Notes under the pieces: generated by a model | Told to the model about the DNA's origin: nothing | Databases searched by the model: none | What the model saw: the letters and a program-made list of their open reading frames with translations, nothing else | Part shown: positions 49,094-58,692 of the stretch, one piece after another | Numbering within the stretch: the first letter of the stretch is position 1 | Layout: each line of letters opens with the position of its first letter | Made by a program: the position numbers and the translations under genes | Assembly (NCBI GenBank): GCA_951812955.1 | Contig: OX638340.1 | Span: 3,424,001 to 3,488,000, forward strand | Reading direction: 5' to 3' | DNA length: 64,000 nucleotides | From: an uncultured Gemmatimonadota bacterium | GTDB taxonomy: Bacteria; JAAXHH01

Positions 49094-49246
49094 TTCAATT
49101 CCCCTTTCTAACCAATGTATTTAAACAGGCATATATCGACACCATATCGGTATATGACATGTATATGCTACATAAGGAAATCAACTCTCCACGCGTTCGA
49201 GCCTTCTGTTCATTGCGTTGAATGATCAATATTCAACCCAGTTCGA

Positions 49247-49385
49247 CACACCTGTTATTGGTTATAGTCGGAATCCAATCCGGAATCTCGAACGTTTTTT
49301 AAAAATAATGTTAAAAAGTTCCGTTACCTCGTTCCTTCGTCCAAAGAACATCGGGCGAACATCCCGAATGAAGAATCAAGGCGCC
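49247..49385. repeat. copy G of the dispersed element (orphan LRR-gene leader) upstream of the thiolase gene, preceded at 49185-49230 by a coiled-coil-gene 3' fragment
   Basis: cctgttattggttatagtcggaatccaatccggaatctcgaacgttttttaaaaataatgttaaaaagttccgttacctcgttccttcgtccaaagaacatcgggcgaacatcc. Confidence 0.65.
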
Positions 49386-49536
49386 CCTTGATTCGTCCTC
49401 GTATATAGGATATTAATACCATAATATAGAGCACGCTCATCACAGTTGATCTCGCTCTGGCTAGCACGCTCATCACAGTTGAACTCGCACTGGCTATGTA
49501 CTCGAGATTCTGATCCGAGATAGAAAGGCACCCGAA

Positions 49537-50658
49537 ATGAACAACAAGCGCGTCGCCATCGTCGCGGGCGGCCGGACGCCCTTCATAAAGTCGGGCAAGG
49601 CCTTCGCCGAAATCGATTCCCTGGCCATGGCCGTCCACGCCACACGGGGCATGCTGGACCGGAGCGGGATCGACCTGGAGCTGATCGAATCGGTCGTTTT
49701 CGGCACGATGACGCCCGATCCCTTGAAGCCCAACCTGGCCCGGGAGCTCGTCTTCGAGGCGGGGCTGCCGATCCGCGCCGAGGCCCATACCGTGGCTTCC
49801 TACTGCATCACTGGCCTGCGGGCGGTCACGGTCGTCGCCGACGCCATCGCCGGCGGCCGCATCGACGTGGGCCTGGCAGGCGGGGTCGATTCGCTGACGC
49901 GCGCCTCCATGGACCTCTTCCGCGAGCCGTCCACCGGCCTGAACATGGGCCAGCACATGGAGTTGACGTGCAAGGAGTGGGATATTCCGCGCGAAAGGCA
50001 GGACGAGGTGGCCCTGGCCAGCCACCGCAACGCCGTGGCCGCGCGCGAGAAGCTGGCCGGGGAAATCCACCCGCTGGCGGGTGAGGAAGCCGATTCGGGA
50101 CCGAGGGCGGACACCTCGCTCGAGGCCCTGGCCGCGCTGAAGCCCGTATTCGACCCGGAAAACGGCACGCTCACGGCGGGGAATTCGTCGCCTGTGACCG
50201 ACGGCGCCGCGGCGGTGCTGCTGATGAGCGAGGAGAAAGCCGCTCAATGCGGCCTGGAACCGCTGGCGTACATCGGGGGCATGGCCTACGCCGCCCATGA
50301 CCCTGCCGAGGGCCTGCTCATGGCGCCGGCCATCGCCGTGCCCCGGCTCCTGGAAAGCCGGAACCTGGCCATGGCCGACATGGACCTGGTGGAGATCCAC
50401 GAAGCCTTCGCGGCCCAGGCGTTGGCCAGCGCGGCGGCGTGGGAAAGGGGCTGGAAGGGTGCGCCGACGGGCCCGGTCGACTGGACCCGCGTGAACGTCA
50501 ACGGCAGTTCAATCGCCGTGGGCCATCCGTGGGCGGCCACCGGTACACGCATCCTGACGACCCTGGCCAACGAGATGGCCAGGCGCGACGCCCGCTACGG
50601 CCTGGTCAGCATCTGCGCCGCTGGAGCCATGGCGGGCGCGTTCCTGCTGGAGCGGTAG
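49537..50658 (+). CDS. thiolase (acetyl-CoA C-acyltransferase) family
   Basis: 373 aa. N-terminal VAIVAGGRTPF. Active-site regions NSSPVTDGAAAVLLMSEE and C-terminal NVNGSSIAVGHPWAATGTRIL...ICAAGAMAGAFLLE. Confidence 0.8.
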   Translation: MNNKRVAIVAGGRTPFIKSGKAFAEIDSLAMAVHATRGMLDRSGIDLELIESVVFGTMTPDPLKPNLARELVFEAGLPIRAEAHTVASYCITGLRAVTVVADAIAGGRIDVGLAGGVDSLTRASMDLFREPSTGLNMGQHMELTCKEWDIPRERQDEVALASHRNAVAAREKLAGEIHPLAGEEADSGPRADTSLEALAALKPVFDPENGTLTAGNSSPVTDGAAAVLLMSEEKAAQCGLEPLAYIGGMAYAAHDPAEGLLMAPAIAVPRLLESRNLAMADMDLVEIHEAFAAQALASAAAWERGWKGAPTGPVDWTRVNVNGSSIAVGHPWAATGTRILTTLANEMARRDARYGLVSICAAGAMAGAFLLER

Positions 50659-50783
50659 GCGGCATGGCTAGTAGGTTGGTGTTGTTTCTCTGAAGAAGAT
50701 TCCTGTCGGATCGCTGATGAATGGTTCTTCCTTCTCCAGATATTCTGAACTTTGTCAATCAGGAGTCGATTACCCGTTGTAGT

Positions 50784-50987
50784 CTACTCTAGCAACGACT
50801 TGATCAGCGGAACGACGACGCACGCCAGCACGACGCCAAGTGTCCATTTAATCAGTTTTATATCGCTCTGCATGGATGATAGTTTCCGCTCAAAGTCCGC
50901 TATTTCTTCGGCGGCTTCGCTGGCGGCTGCTTCCGGAGCGCCCGCGGCTACGAGTGCGGCATAGGTCTTGGAAAGCATGATGGGCAT
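50784..50987 (-). CDS. small C-terminally membrane-anchored protein, DUF1640-like (C-terminal half)
   Basis: 67 aa. ...KLSSMQSDIKLIKWTLGVVLACVVVPLI resembles the C-terminal coiled coil plus TM of DUF1640/XhlA-like proteins. Same strand as lptD and immediately downstream of it. Confidence 0.45.
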   Translation of the reverse strand: MPIMLSKTYAALVAAGAPEAAASEAAEEIADFERKLSSMQSDIKLIKWTLGVVLACVVVPLIKSLLE

Positions 50988-51236
50988 GATATGATCTATT
51001 GATCGAGCGTTCTTACCATCTGTAAACGAAATCTACGGCACGCGTATGATATTCGTTGCTTCTAATTTAAGTCCCTAATAAATCCTACACGAATTAATTA
51101 CCTAACAGCGCGATGATGCTCCAAACTGGTCCTGCCCTGCCGAGACCTGCCCTTCACTTATGCTAGTCGGAAACCAGGTAACTTTTCTCGATTTTTATTT
51201 TCAAGGATGGTATTGGGCGATGAGATCATCCTCACC

Positions 51237-51372
51237 TTTACCCTACTCTCCGCCGCGCCGTACCTGCTCTAAATTCACGTCTGGATGGGCGATGAGATCG
51301 GTTACTCGTCCGCCCTACTCCCCTCCCCGCCGTTCCTGCTCGAACTTCACGTCCGGATGGGCGATGAGGTTG
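51237..51372. repeat. ~66-bp tandem duplication of the lptD 3' coding terminus
   Basis: The 51306-51372 coding end of lptD is repeated at 51237-51300 just past the stop (ccctactc.ccgccgcgccgt.cctgctc.aa.ttcacgtc.ggatgggcgatgag). Confidence 0.7.
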
Positions 51373-53801
51373 ATCCGGAAGTAGATCCCCTTGTTGATGC
51401 CGTTCGGCACCCACCTGAAGGTGAACTCCCAGCAGTGCAGGGACCTGTACAGGTCCAGGCTGTGGGAGACGATTTCCTTGCGGCGGTAGTCGTAGTTGAT
51501 CGAGTGCTGGACGCGCCAGTTGTCTGTCACGCGATTGGAAATCCTGAGCGGGTTGGTGATGTCGGCCAGGGCGAACCGGTTCGTGGCCCGGATTTCGTGA
51601 CTGCTGGTGCTGAATCCCTTCTCGTCATCGGGTTTGCTGCGCCGGATGGAGTAGCGGTGGGAAAGCCGCACCGTCCAGGGGCCCTTCACCTGGGAGAAGC
51701 GCTGGTTGAACCGGTCGTCTCCGTACCCGCCGTACCCGCCGAAGTCGTTGCCGAGCCCTCCGCCGGAAAACCCTCCACCCGACCCTAGCCCTCCGCCGGA
51801 AAACCCGTCGCCGAACTGGTCGTCCCCGAAGCCCTGTCCGCGCTCGTCTCTGCGCGGTCCCACGAGGTTGAAAGACGTATTCAGCGTCATGCGCTCCAGC
51901 CACGGCCGGCGGAACGCTTCGGTATCGGGATCGTAGAAATCGTGGCGCAGCGACAGGTCCAGATTGAATCGGCGGCTCGGGATGCGCACGGTGGTCGCCA
52001 GGTCCGCCAGCTTCTTCGTATCGTTCTGGAAGTTGTAGGAGGTCGAGGATTTGACGTACACCAGCTTGTTGTACTTCTTCTCGCGGCCATTGTGCTCCGT
52101 CCTGGCCTGCAGGATGTTGTTCACGGAGAAACGCAGCGACTTCCGGACGCTTCCCCCGCCGGACTGGGTGAAGGAGATGTTGGGCGTGACCACGTGGCGT
52201 ATCGCGTTCAGCCGGCCGATCTTCGGCTCGAAGAGGCCGTACAGCGTCGTGGTGGCCGACATGCCCACCGAATGGTCTTCCGTCGTTTCGATATTCCCGT
52301 CGGACTCTTCGCCCGTGTCCTGCTCCCAGGTCCGGGTGTACCGGGCCTGTGGGCGCAGCTTCAGCCAGTCCCCGATCTTCTGCGGCGCGCTCAGGTTGAA
52401 GGCGTTGGAGAAGGTCCGTATGGTGTCGTGCCGGTAGTTGTACCGGATATCCGGGCCGGTATAGGTCGTGTCCCTGTCGAGCCGCACGTTGTTCCTGCGG
52501 TTTCTCAGCGTGTTGTTGAAGCCGAAGAGGAAGGAGTGGTACCAGCGGCTCTCGATCTGCGTGCGGGGCCGGCTGAAGTCGGGCATGCTGCCCCGCCGGG
52601 TCTGCCGCTTGGGTGGCTGGATGATCGGGCGCGTCGCGAACCGGAACCGGAGCGTGGTGGTCGGCCGGCTCGGCTTGCCCGACGAGCTGGTCGAGGACGT
52701 GCTCAGGTTGAGGCTGTTCCGGCCGAACTTCTTGTCCACCGCGAAGCTGGAACGGGTCGTGGACCGCAGGAGCCCGGGGTCCGTCCCCCGCGTCGTCGAA
52801 TGCAGGTACCGCAGCGACTGGGCGAAGTTGCCCTGGCCGCGTACCGTCAGCCCGGGGAGCAGTTCCTGCCGGTGCCGGGCGGCCACGTCCCAGCCGGTCG
52901 TCTTCCCGTTGAAATCGGTCCGCCAGGAGCCGCTCGCCGAACCCCTCAGCCGGCGGTCCTGCCGGTACTGGAACCGCTGTCTCAGCAGGAACCCAGTCTT
53001 GGCCTCCACATCCCCGGTGACTTTCAGGTCGAAGTATTCGTTCGGTGCCCAGTAGTAGCCCAGGTTGCGCAGGTAACGGCCTTCCTCCACGCCGCTGCCG
53101 TAGTTCGGCACCGTAAGCCCGGACTGCCGGCCCGTCTTCACCGAGAAGACGTATACGGGCAGATAGATCACCGGTATGCCCAGAATGTAGCCCGTCACGT
53201 TCCGGACGACCGCTTTGTCTTCGGGGACGATCTTCGCCTTGTTGATCCGGAGATAGTAGTGCAGGTGGTTCGGATTGTCGCAGGTGGTGTAGGTCCCTTC
53301 TTCTATTTCGTAGGTCCTGTCGGCGTTGAGCCGCATGACATCGCCGTTGAAGAACCCTTGATCGTAGCGGATGCGGCCCTTCCATATCTGCCCCTCGCCC
53401 GTCTTCATGTCGTACTGCATGCGCTCCCCGACCACGATGTTGTCGGCGTCCTGCAACCTGGGGTAGGTATTGGTTTCCGGATCGATGTCCGGCGAAGGCG
53501 GCAGGAAGTCCGCGGTCAGCAACTCGGTATAGGTGTGGAATCTAAGCCGGCCGGCCGTCAGCTCGACGTCGCCGTACTGCAGCTCGGCGCTTCCGGCCAG
53601 CACAAGCGTGCTGTCGCCGAACACGTACTCGATGCGGTCCGCGTTGTATTCGATCTCCGGCAATCCGGTCGTATCGGCCTCCGCGCCCGCCGTGCCCGTA
53701 CCCGAGGAAGGGAACTGCGCGAAGGACGCCTCGGGGAGGGACAACAGCAGCAGGCCGAGCAGCAGGCAGACCGGCAGAAACCGTTTAGCAGCGGCCGTCA
53801 T
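51315..53801 (-). CDS. lptD: LPS-assembly outer-membrane protein LptD (OstA family)
   Basis: 828 aa. Signal peptide. OstA-N region (...LTAGRLRFHTYTELLTADF). Large C-terminal barrel. Gly-rich low-complexity insert (GFSGGGLGSGGGFSGGGLGNDFGGYGGYG). Ends ...FEQERRGGE. Confidence 0.8.
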   Translation of the reverse strand: MTAAAKRFLPVCLLLGLLLLSLPEASFAQFPSSGTGTAGAEADTTGLPEIEYNADRIEYVFGDSTLVLAGSAELQYGDVELTAGRLRFHTYTELLTADFLPPSPDIDPETNTYPRLQDADNIVVGERMQYDMKTGEGQIWKGRIRYDQGFFNGDVMRLNADRTYEIEEGTYTTCDNPNHLHYYLRINKAKIVPEDKAVVRNVTGYILGIPVIYLPVYVFSVKTGRQSGLTVPNYGSGVEEGRYLRNLGYYWAPNEYFDLKVTGDVEAKTGFLLRQRFQYRQDRRLRGSASGSWRTDFNGKTTGWDVAARHRQELLPGLTVRGQGNFAQSLRYLHSTTRGTDPGLLRSTTRSSFAVDKKFGRNSLNLSTSSTSSSGKPSRPTTTLRFRFATRPIIQPPKRQTRRGSMPDFSRPRTQIESRWYHSFLFGFNNTLRNRRNNVRLDRDTTYTGPDIRYNYRHDTIRTFSNAFNLSAPQKIGDWLKLRPQARYTRTWEQDTGEESDGNIETTEDHSVGMSATTTLYGLFEPKIGRLNAIRHVVTPNISFTQSGGGSVRKSLRFSVNNILQARTEHNGREKKYNKLVYVKSSTSYNFQNDTKKLADLATTVRIPSRRFNLDLSLRHDFYDPDTEAFRRPWLERMTLNTSFNLVGPRRDERGQGFGDDQFGDGFSGGGLGSGGGFSGGGLGNDFGGYGGYGDDRFNQRFSQVKGPWTVRLSHRYSIRRSKPDDEKGFSTSSHEIRATNRFALADITNPLRISNRVTDNWRVQHSINYDYRRKEIVSHSLDLYRSLHCWEFTFRWVPNGINKGIYFRINLIAHPDVKFEQERRGGE

Positions 53802-54516
53802 GCATCTATCTTTACTTTTTTGATAATTAATATTAATGATATTCCTCAGTTATTCAGAATTGACTTGTAAATACGGACAGATTATGTATTATAGTCTGCA
53901 TGGTTCCTTTAGTTCCTTAAATAATCTAAGGACTACGGGAATCCGGCGAAAGCGTTTCGTCTCCTGATTTCGCGAAAGTCGGTCTCATGGAAGCCGCTTA
54001 TTCCGGATAGGGCGATTCAGACGAAACGAAGGCCGGAAGGAACAGGATAGGACCGGGGATCGGAGCGGAATATGCATCCCGGAGTTTGTACAGTTAAGTA
54101 GCGGTCGGCCGCGTATGCCGGCGCGAAAGCCCGGTGGACAAAAGAATTCTTGAAGAAAAAAGTTTGACATCCGTAATGGCTATCACTATACTGGCAATTA
54201 GTATTGACTTTTCGGGCGGAATCCTTTATGGAGCATTGGATGCTGCCTGGCAAAGGCAGGCAAGCTTCCGGTCTACCAAACCGACATTGCGTTACGGGCA
54301 ATACCAGCCCGCCGAAGAATGGCAAATGTTCCGGCTCCATCCCTTTCGGATTCAAAACTGGTTCTTTGAAAACTTGTACGGTCAGTTGGAGTTATGGAAG
54401 CAGCAGGGAAGGAATGCGTTGTGATACGATGCAGTAAAAAGATTCATTTTTTCCTTGCGTTATCGAAACAAAACATATTATATGGGTTCAAATCACGTAC
54501 TTTTGTGTGAGGAGAT

Positions 54517-55020
54517 ATGGCAAGAATCGTATTTCTTTTAATAGCCACGCTTGTATGCCATAACGCATACGCCCAGTTGGATCTCAACGTGGGAGTGGCC
54601 GGCAGCAGGTCCTATGCCTGTCTCGCAGATCAAACCGATTCGGGAATCGGGATCGGCATTCGCGGTGAAATGGCGGCGGATTTGAACGATCGGTTTCAGT
54701 TCATCGGAAACTTGTCGCTTGAACGGCACAATAGCGATTTCTTGTCCCTCCCGGTCATGGCCGGGTTGAGGGTGTCTACCACATCGGATGACGACATGTT
54801 CTGTTTCGTCCAGGCCACGGGAGGAAGGTCGTACAGGGTCTATGGCGATGAAGACAACCAGTCCGCTTGGATTATGAACGCAGGCATCGGTACGGTGTGG
54901 AACAGGCTGGGCGCGATTGTGGAGTACAATACATCACGCAGCAATGTGTACAATGATGCACGCGATAAGTGGAGTTGGATTTCTGTTCGTACATTCTTAA
55001 GGTTACCACTTGGTTTTTAG
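54517..55020 (+). CDS. small outer-membrane beta-barrel protein
   Basis: Signal peptide MARIVFLLIATLVCHNAYAQ. Alternating amphipathic strands. C-terminal ...RLPLGF (terminal Phe). Confidence 0.6.
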   Translation: MARIVFLLIATLVCHNAYAQLDLNVGVAGSRSYACLADQTDSGIGIGIRGEMAADLNDRFQFIGNLSLERHNSDFLSLPVMAGLRVSTTSDDDMFCFVQATGGRSYRVYGDEDNQSAWIMNAGIGTVWNRLGAIVEYNTSRSNVYNDARDKWSWISVRTFLRLPLGF

Positions 55021-55126
55021 TGTCCATGCCAATACTTAGGGCATAAGGGAAAGGAGTGCATATAGATTGCATACTTTTGTACAAGAGAAGATAGTTAAGT
55101 GCAGTTCTCATCTACGGGAGATACAG

Positions 55127-56599
55127 ATGCATTATTTCATAGTAGTACTGATTGCGTTCGCTCTCAGTATGTATGGATGCGAAGGTAAGACAGGTCCGGC
55201 GGGTCCTAGCGGCTCGGCGGGTACCGCGGGTCCGGCAGGTCCGGCGGGCCCGCAGGGCTCGACTGGTCCGGCAGGCCCGGCAGGTGCTGACGGCGCTGAT
55301 GGCGCGACTGGTCCGGCAGGTGCTGACGGCGCTGATGGCGCGACTGGTCCGGCAGGTCCGGCAGGCGCTGATGGCGCTGACGGTGCTGATGGCGCGACTG
55401 GTCCGGCAGGCCCGGCAGGTGCTGACGGTGCTGATGGTGCTGATGGCGCTGACGGTGCTGACGGTGCTGATGGCGCGACTGGTCCGGCAGGTCCGGCAGG
55501 TCCTCAAGGCCCGGCTGGTATCCCGGACACGGGTGGTATTGATCCCATCGAACTGGCTCAGGCGCACCACATCGCCTTCGTGATAGGTGATGCGGATGCT
55601 GACATGGCTCCCTCTTCAGTCATTTTGAGGGTAGGCGAAGAAACTATGGTCATCGCGGCTGCCGGTGCGCAGAGCGGCAGGAAGCTTCCAAGCGTTTCAG
55701 CTACTGTTACTATGGCGATCACCGATGACGATGACGAAGCCATCACGCTGGAAGATGGCGTGCTCACCGCCGTAGGGGCTGGAACAGCCGAGATCACGGC
55801 TGAGTCGGCAATCGCCGGTATCGCCGGTAAGCTCACCGTCACGGTTACCAAGCCCATCGATGAGATCGTTTTCGATGCGTCCAGTGATCTTAACTTGGCC
55901 GCAGGCGAGTCGACTGGTGAAATAACTGCCACGGCCCATGATGAAGATGGCGAAGTAATTATGCCGCGTTCTGACTGGTCCTGGGCGAGTTCCGACGGGT
56001 CCGTTGCCTCTGTCGCGCAAAAGAAGGATGCCGACAATAAGTTGGTGGATGGCGGCAGAATCGCCACGATAACCGGCAAGGGTTCTGGTGACGCCGATAT
56101 TACGGCGACGGTCGAAGGCGTAAGTGGCAGTATCGCCGTGAACGTCACAGGCCAGAGCGTCACGAGAGTTATCGATCCCAGTTCCTCAAGCGAAGGCAAC
56201 GTATTTGTATGGGATATAGGGTTGGAAACGCCGGGATGGACAGATGCTGGCGCACCGGAAGATGGCACCGAATTTACCGTCAATCTACGTGACAGAGTTT
56301 CCAACAGCCTGATCGATAATTGGACATTGTCGGTTACGCCGACAAGTGCGGCTGCAGGAACTGCCGCCACTGAAGAAGATGCTCAAGTTGATCCAGTACT
56401 CGGCGCGGTAATGGATCCCGCCGATGGAGCAGCAACCACTGGTGCCATTGAGGTGACGATTGCGCCTCATACTGATGGTGTTACCGATGGGATTACTGTT
56501 GGCACGTATCATACTTTTGTTTCCCTGACGTCTACGGGAGCGAGAGAGGCGCGTCTACAGTTTACCATCAGTGTCATAGACTCGACGCCAGACGAATAG
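55127..56599 (+). CDS. collagen-like triple-helix repeat lipoprotein with C-terminal Big_2-like domains
   Basis: GGGAG RBS. Start [20 protein letters not shown]. About 115 residues of Gly-X-Y ([22 protein letters not shown]..., a long GADGADGAT run encoded by 36-bp DNA tandem repeats). Then Ig-like regions ([28 protein letters not shown]). Confidence 0.7.
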   Translation: MHYFIVVLIAFALSMYGCEGKTGPAGPSGSAGTAGPAGPAGPQGSTGPAGPAGADGADGATGPAGADGADGATGPAGPAGADGADGADGATGPAGPAGADGADGADGADGADGADGATGPAGPAGPQGPAGIPDTGGIDPIELAQAHHIAFVIGDADADMAPSSVILRVGEETMVIAAAGAQSGRKLPSVSATVTMAITDDDDEAITLEDGVLTAVGAGTAEITAESAIAGIAGKLTVTVTKPIDEIVFDASSDLNLAAGESTGEITATAHDEDGEVIMPRSDWSWASSDGSVASVAQKKDADNKLVDGGRIATITGKGSGDADITATVEGVSGSIAVNVTGQSVTRVIDPSSSSEGNVFVWDIGLETPGWTDAGAPEDGTEFTVNLRDRVSNSLIDNWTLSVTPTSAAAGTAATEEDAQVDPVLGAVMDPADGAATTGAIEVTIAPHTDGVTDGITVGTYHTFVSLTSTGAREARLQFTISVIDSTPDE

Positions 56600-56773
56600 T
56601 TAACGTCGGAATAATCCGGACTCGCAATAAGGGTCTGGAAAGCATCCAGTGATCGGTGAGTGGTTGTGCCTGCCTAAGGATATGGCCACTCACCAGAATA
56701 AAAGGAACTGTTCCCGAGACTCTTTTATTAGCAGTATCCAAATACAGAATACACCGCTTAACCGTGTATCTTC

Positions 56774-56826
56774 CCGTCCGTCCTTAGTAGGAGCTTCAGC
56801 GACCGAACAGGGCGGACGGTTTTTTT
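56774..56826 (+). terminator. candidate Rho-independent terminator downstream of the collagen-like gene
   Basis: ccgtccg...(33-nt loop)...cggacgg followed by T7 (56820-56826). Confidence 0.35.
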
Positions 56827-57248
56827 GTTCCTTTTTGCACATTGAGTTTATTGTGCGCTACAGGTCCAAAGGATATTTCGAATAAAAACGTCGTCTAGCC
56901 GATACGATTGACATGCTGCCTGTAAAATCCAATTTAAAACTAGTTTTCAGAAGCTAGACCAGCATCACCATGCCGACAGATAACTTGACGAATTGAGCGT
57001 TATACAAAAAAACATAGATTTTACTCGAGATAATCAACATGACTTCGACTAATAAATAAGAACATACTTCATGGCGTAGCAGAACTGTAAGAGAAGACGT
57101 TTGCTAGAATCCCGAAACCGTCGTGAATAGCGAGATCTAATTTACATCGCTGTATACGCTAAACGCTTCCGTAAACCTAAACCCAATATCGCTTCATGTC
57201 TTTATGAGCCACGCAACGGGAAATCGTTCCCGCTGCCTGCTTGACTAA

Positions 57249-57290
57249 GCCCCGGATGATAGATACTTTCTTCATCGCGGGGTTTCTTTT
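57249..57290 (+). terminator. candidate Rho-independent terminator or hairpin inside the long AT-rich intergenic region
   Basis: gccccggatg...catcgcgggg followed by tttctttt. Confidence 0.3.
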
Positions 57291-57417
57291 ACCGGGTACG
57301 TCCAACTCGGCGCAGCATCACGTCCGGTTTATAAAAACCTAAAGATATCCGTTTGCATCAATAGAACACCGGAATACGTTCACTAAACTGCCCGCGACAA
57401 TTCCCGGAGGCCCAATC

Positions 57418-58452
57418 GTGTTACGCCATGCTACCAGTCTGTTACTCTTTGTTGTAGTTCTTGCCTGCGAAGGTCCGGCGGGTCCGGCGGGTCCGGCGGG
57501 TCCGGCTGGTTCGGCGGGAGTGGCAGGCGCCGCGGGTCCCTCGGGAGTCCAGGGCCCGGCCGGGCCGCAGGGTGAATCAGGGGAAACGCTGGACTGGTCG
57601 GACGTCATTGCAGACCAGAATCTGGGTAACGCGGTCTATGCGATCGGCGTGCAGGTACAGGGGAAGAATTACATACTGGGGACGGGTTTCGTCGCGCACT
57701 TCTATAATGCGATCTGGACCAACGTGCACATCGTGCAGGCTGTGCTCATCACGACCCAGTTCATAGAGGATCTCAACCCCCGACCCTTTGCCGTCAAATC
57801 GGGCACCGAGGTCGGCGGCGCTGATACGTACTGGCTGAATACTTTCTGGGTTCATCCCGATTACGACGGTACGGCCGGATCCCCCGATGTAGCCCTGCTT
57901 TCCATAGACGCAAATATCACGAACCTTCCGTTCTTCCTGCCCAGGGACCAGGCCCAGGGACTGCAGGTGGGTCAGCCGATCGGCACGATTGGTTTTCTCG
58001 AAGAACTTTCGGGTGAGTCCGTCACAGTACCCATCGCCACGTTCAGAGACGGAACGATCAGCGCGCTGAGGCCCTTTGAAGACGAGATCCCGACGCCCGA
58101 GAACAGCCGGGTCATTCAGCATAATCTGGACGTGACCGGCCTTACGAGCGGCAGTCTCATTTTCGATCACCAGGGATATATCGTCGGCATGAACTTCGCC
58201 GGTTACTTTCGCGTCGCATATGACCAGCGTACCGGAGAACCCACGCGCATCCCTACGGAAAACCCCGGATACGGCATTCGCGTCGACGAACTGTGGCGTC
58301 TTTACGACGTGGCAAGAGGGCGCAGGGTCGTACCTGATGTGGCGGGGAGACGCACGGACGTTCCGATCGTAATGCAGCCCGAGCAGGACTATCCGAACGA
58401 ATCCTATATGCCCTTCCCCGACAACTGGAACGGGGAGACGAGTTTGCCGTAG
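57418..58452 (+). CDS. lipoprotein with short collagen-like segment + trypsin-like (S1/HtrA-like) serine peptidase domain
   Basis: Signal/lipobox [49 protein letters not shown]. Then GTGFVAHFYNAIWTNVHIV (His), DVALLSIDANI (Asp), GLTSGSLIFDHQGYIVGMNFAG (Ser region). Confidence 0.55.
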   Translation: MLRHATSLLLFVVVLACEGPAGPAGPAGPAGSAGVAGAAGPSGVQGPAGPQGESGETLDWSDVIADQNLGNAVYAIGVQVQGKNYILGTGFVAHFYNAIWTNVHIVQAVLITTQFIEDLNPRPFAVKSGTEVGGADTYWLNTFWVHPDYDGTAGSPDVALLSIDANITNLPFFLPRDQAQGLQVGQPIGTIGFLEELSGESVTVPIATFRDGTISALRPFEDEIPTPENSRVIQHNLDVTGLTSGSLIFDHQGYIVGMNFAGYFRVAYDQRTGEPTRIPTENPGYGIRVDELWRLYDVARGRRVVPDVAGRRTDVPIVMQPEQDYPNESYMPFPDNWNGETSLP

Positions 58453-58692
58453 TGTGCCGGTAAACTGAAAGCACACAATGCAGATGTACTGGTTGAAGGC
58501 GCTTAAGAAAACAACTGCCCTGTTTGTGGCACGGTTACAGGGTTAGTTTTTGATATTTCAGTACGGACACTATATACTTAGTTTAACGTTTCGGAGAAGC
58601 CTCGATCAAGCGTCCGGCTATGTCCGCTTAGCCGTGACATGTGAATACCTATGATCTTCCGATTGATGTAAAAGTATAAGGAGAATCTGCAT

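Noticed and set aside
51625-53870. Very long ORFs on the opposite strand or frame of real genes (e.g. 51942..53870 + 642 aa and 51625..53385 - 586 aa inside lptD; 16662..17678 - inside the HMT/MTHFR gene; 46771..47742 - inside HK paralog 2; 29807..30862 - inside the SDR gene; 33242..34243 - inside the lactonase/AMP-ligase; 39329..40258 - inside LRR paralog 2)
   Set aside because: These are typical high-GC shadow ORFs: Arg/Pro/Gly-rich, low-complexity, with no recognisable motifs. They fully overlap genes with strong domain evidence.
55190-55540. Possible CRISPR array (regular 36-bp repeats), and the same question for the intergenic minisatellites
   Set aside because: The repeats are contiguous, with no unique spacers between them. 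They lie in frame inside a collagen-like CDS, or consist of only 2-5 adjacent units. No cas genes are present in the window.
56649-56885. 78-aa ORF in the AT-rich intergenic region
   Set aside because: It has atypical composition, no RBS, and spans a terminator-like hairpin. It is more likely non-coding.
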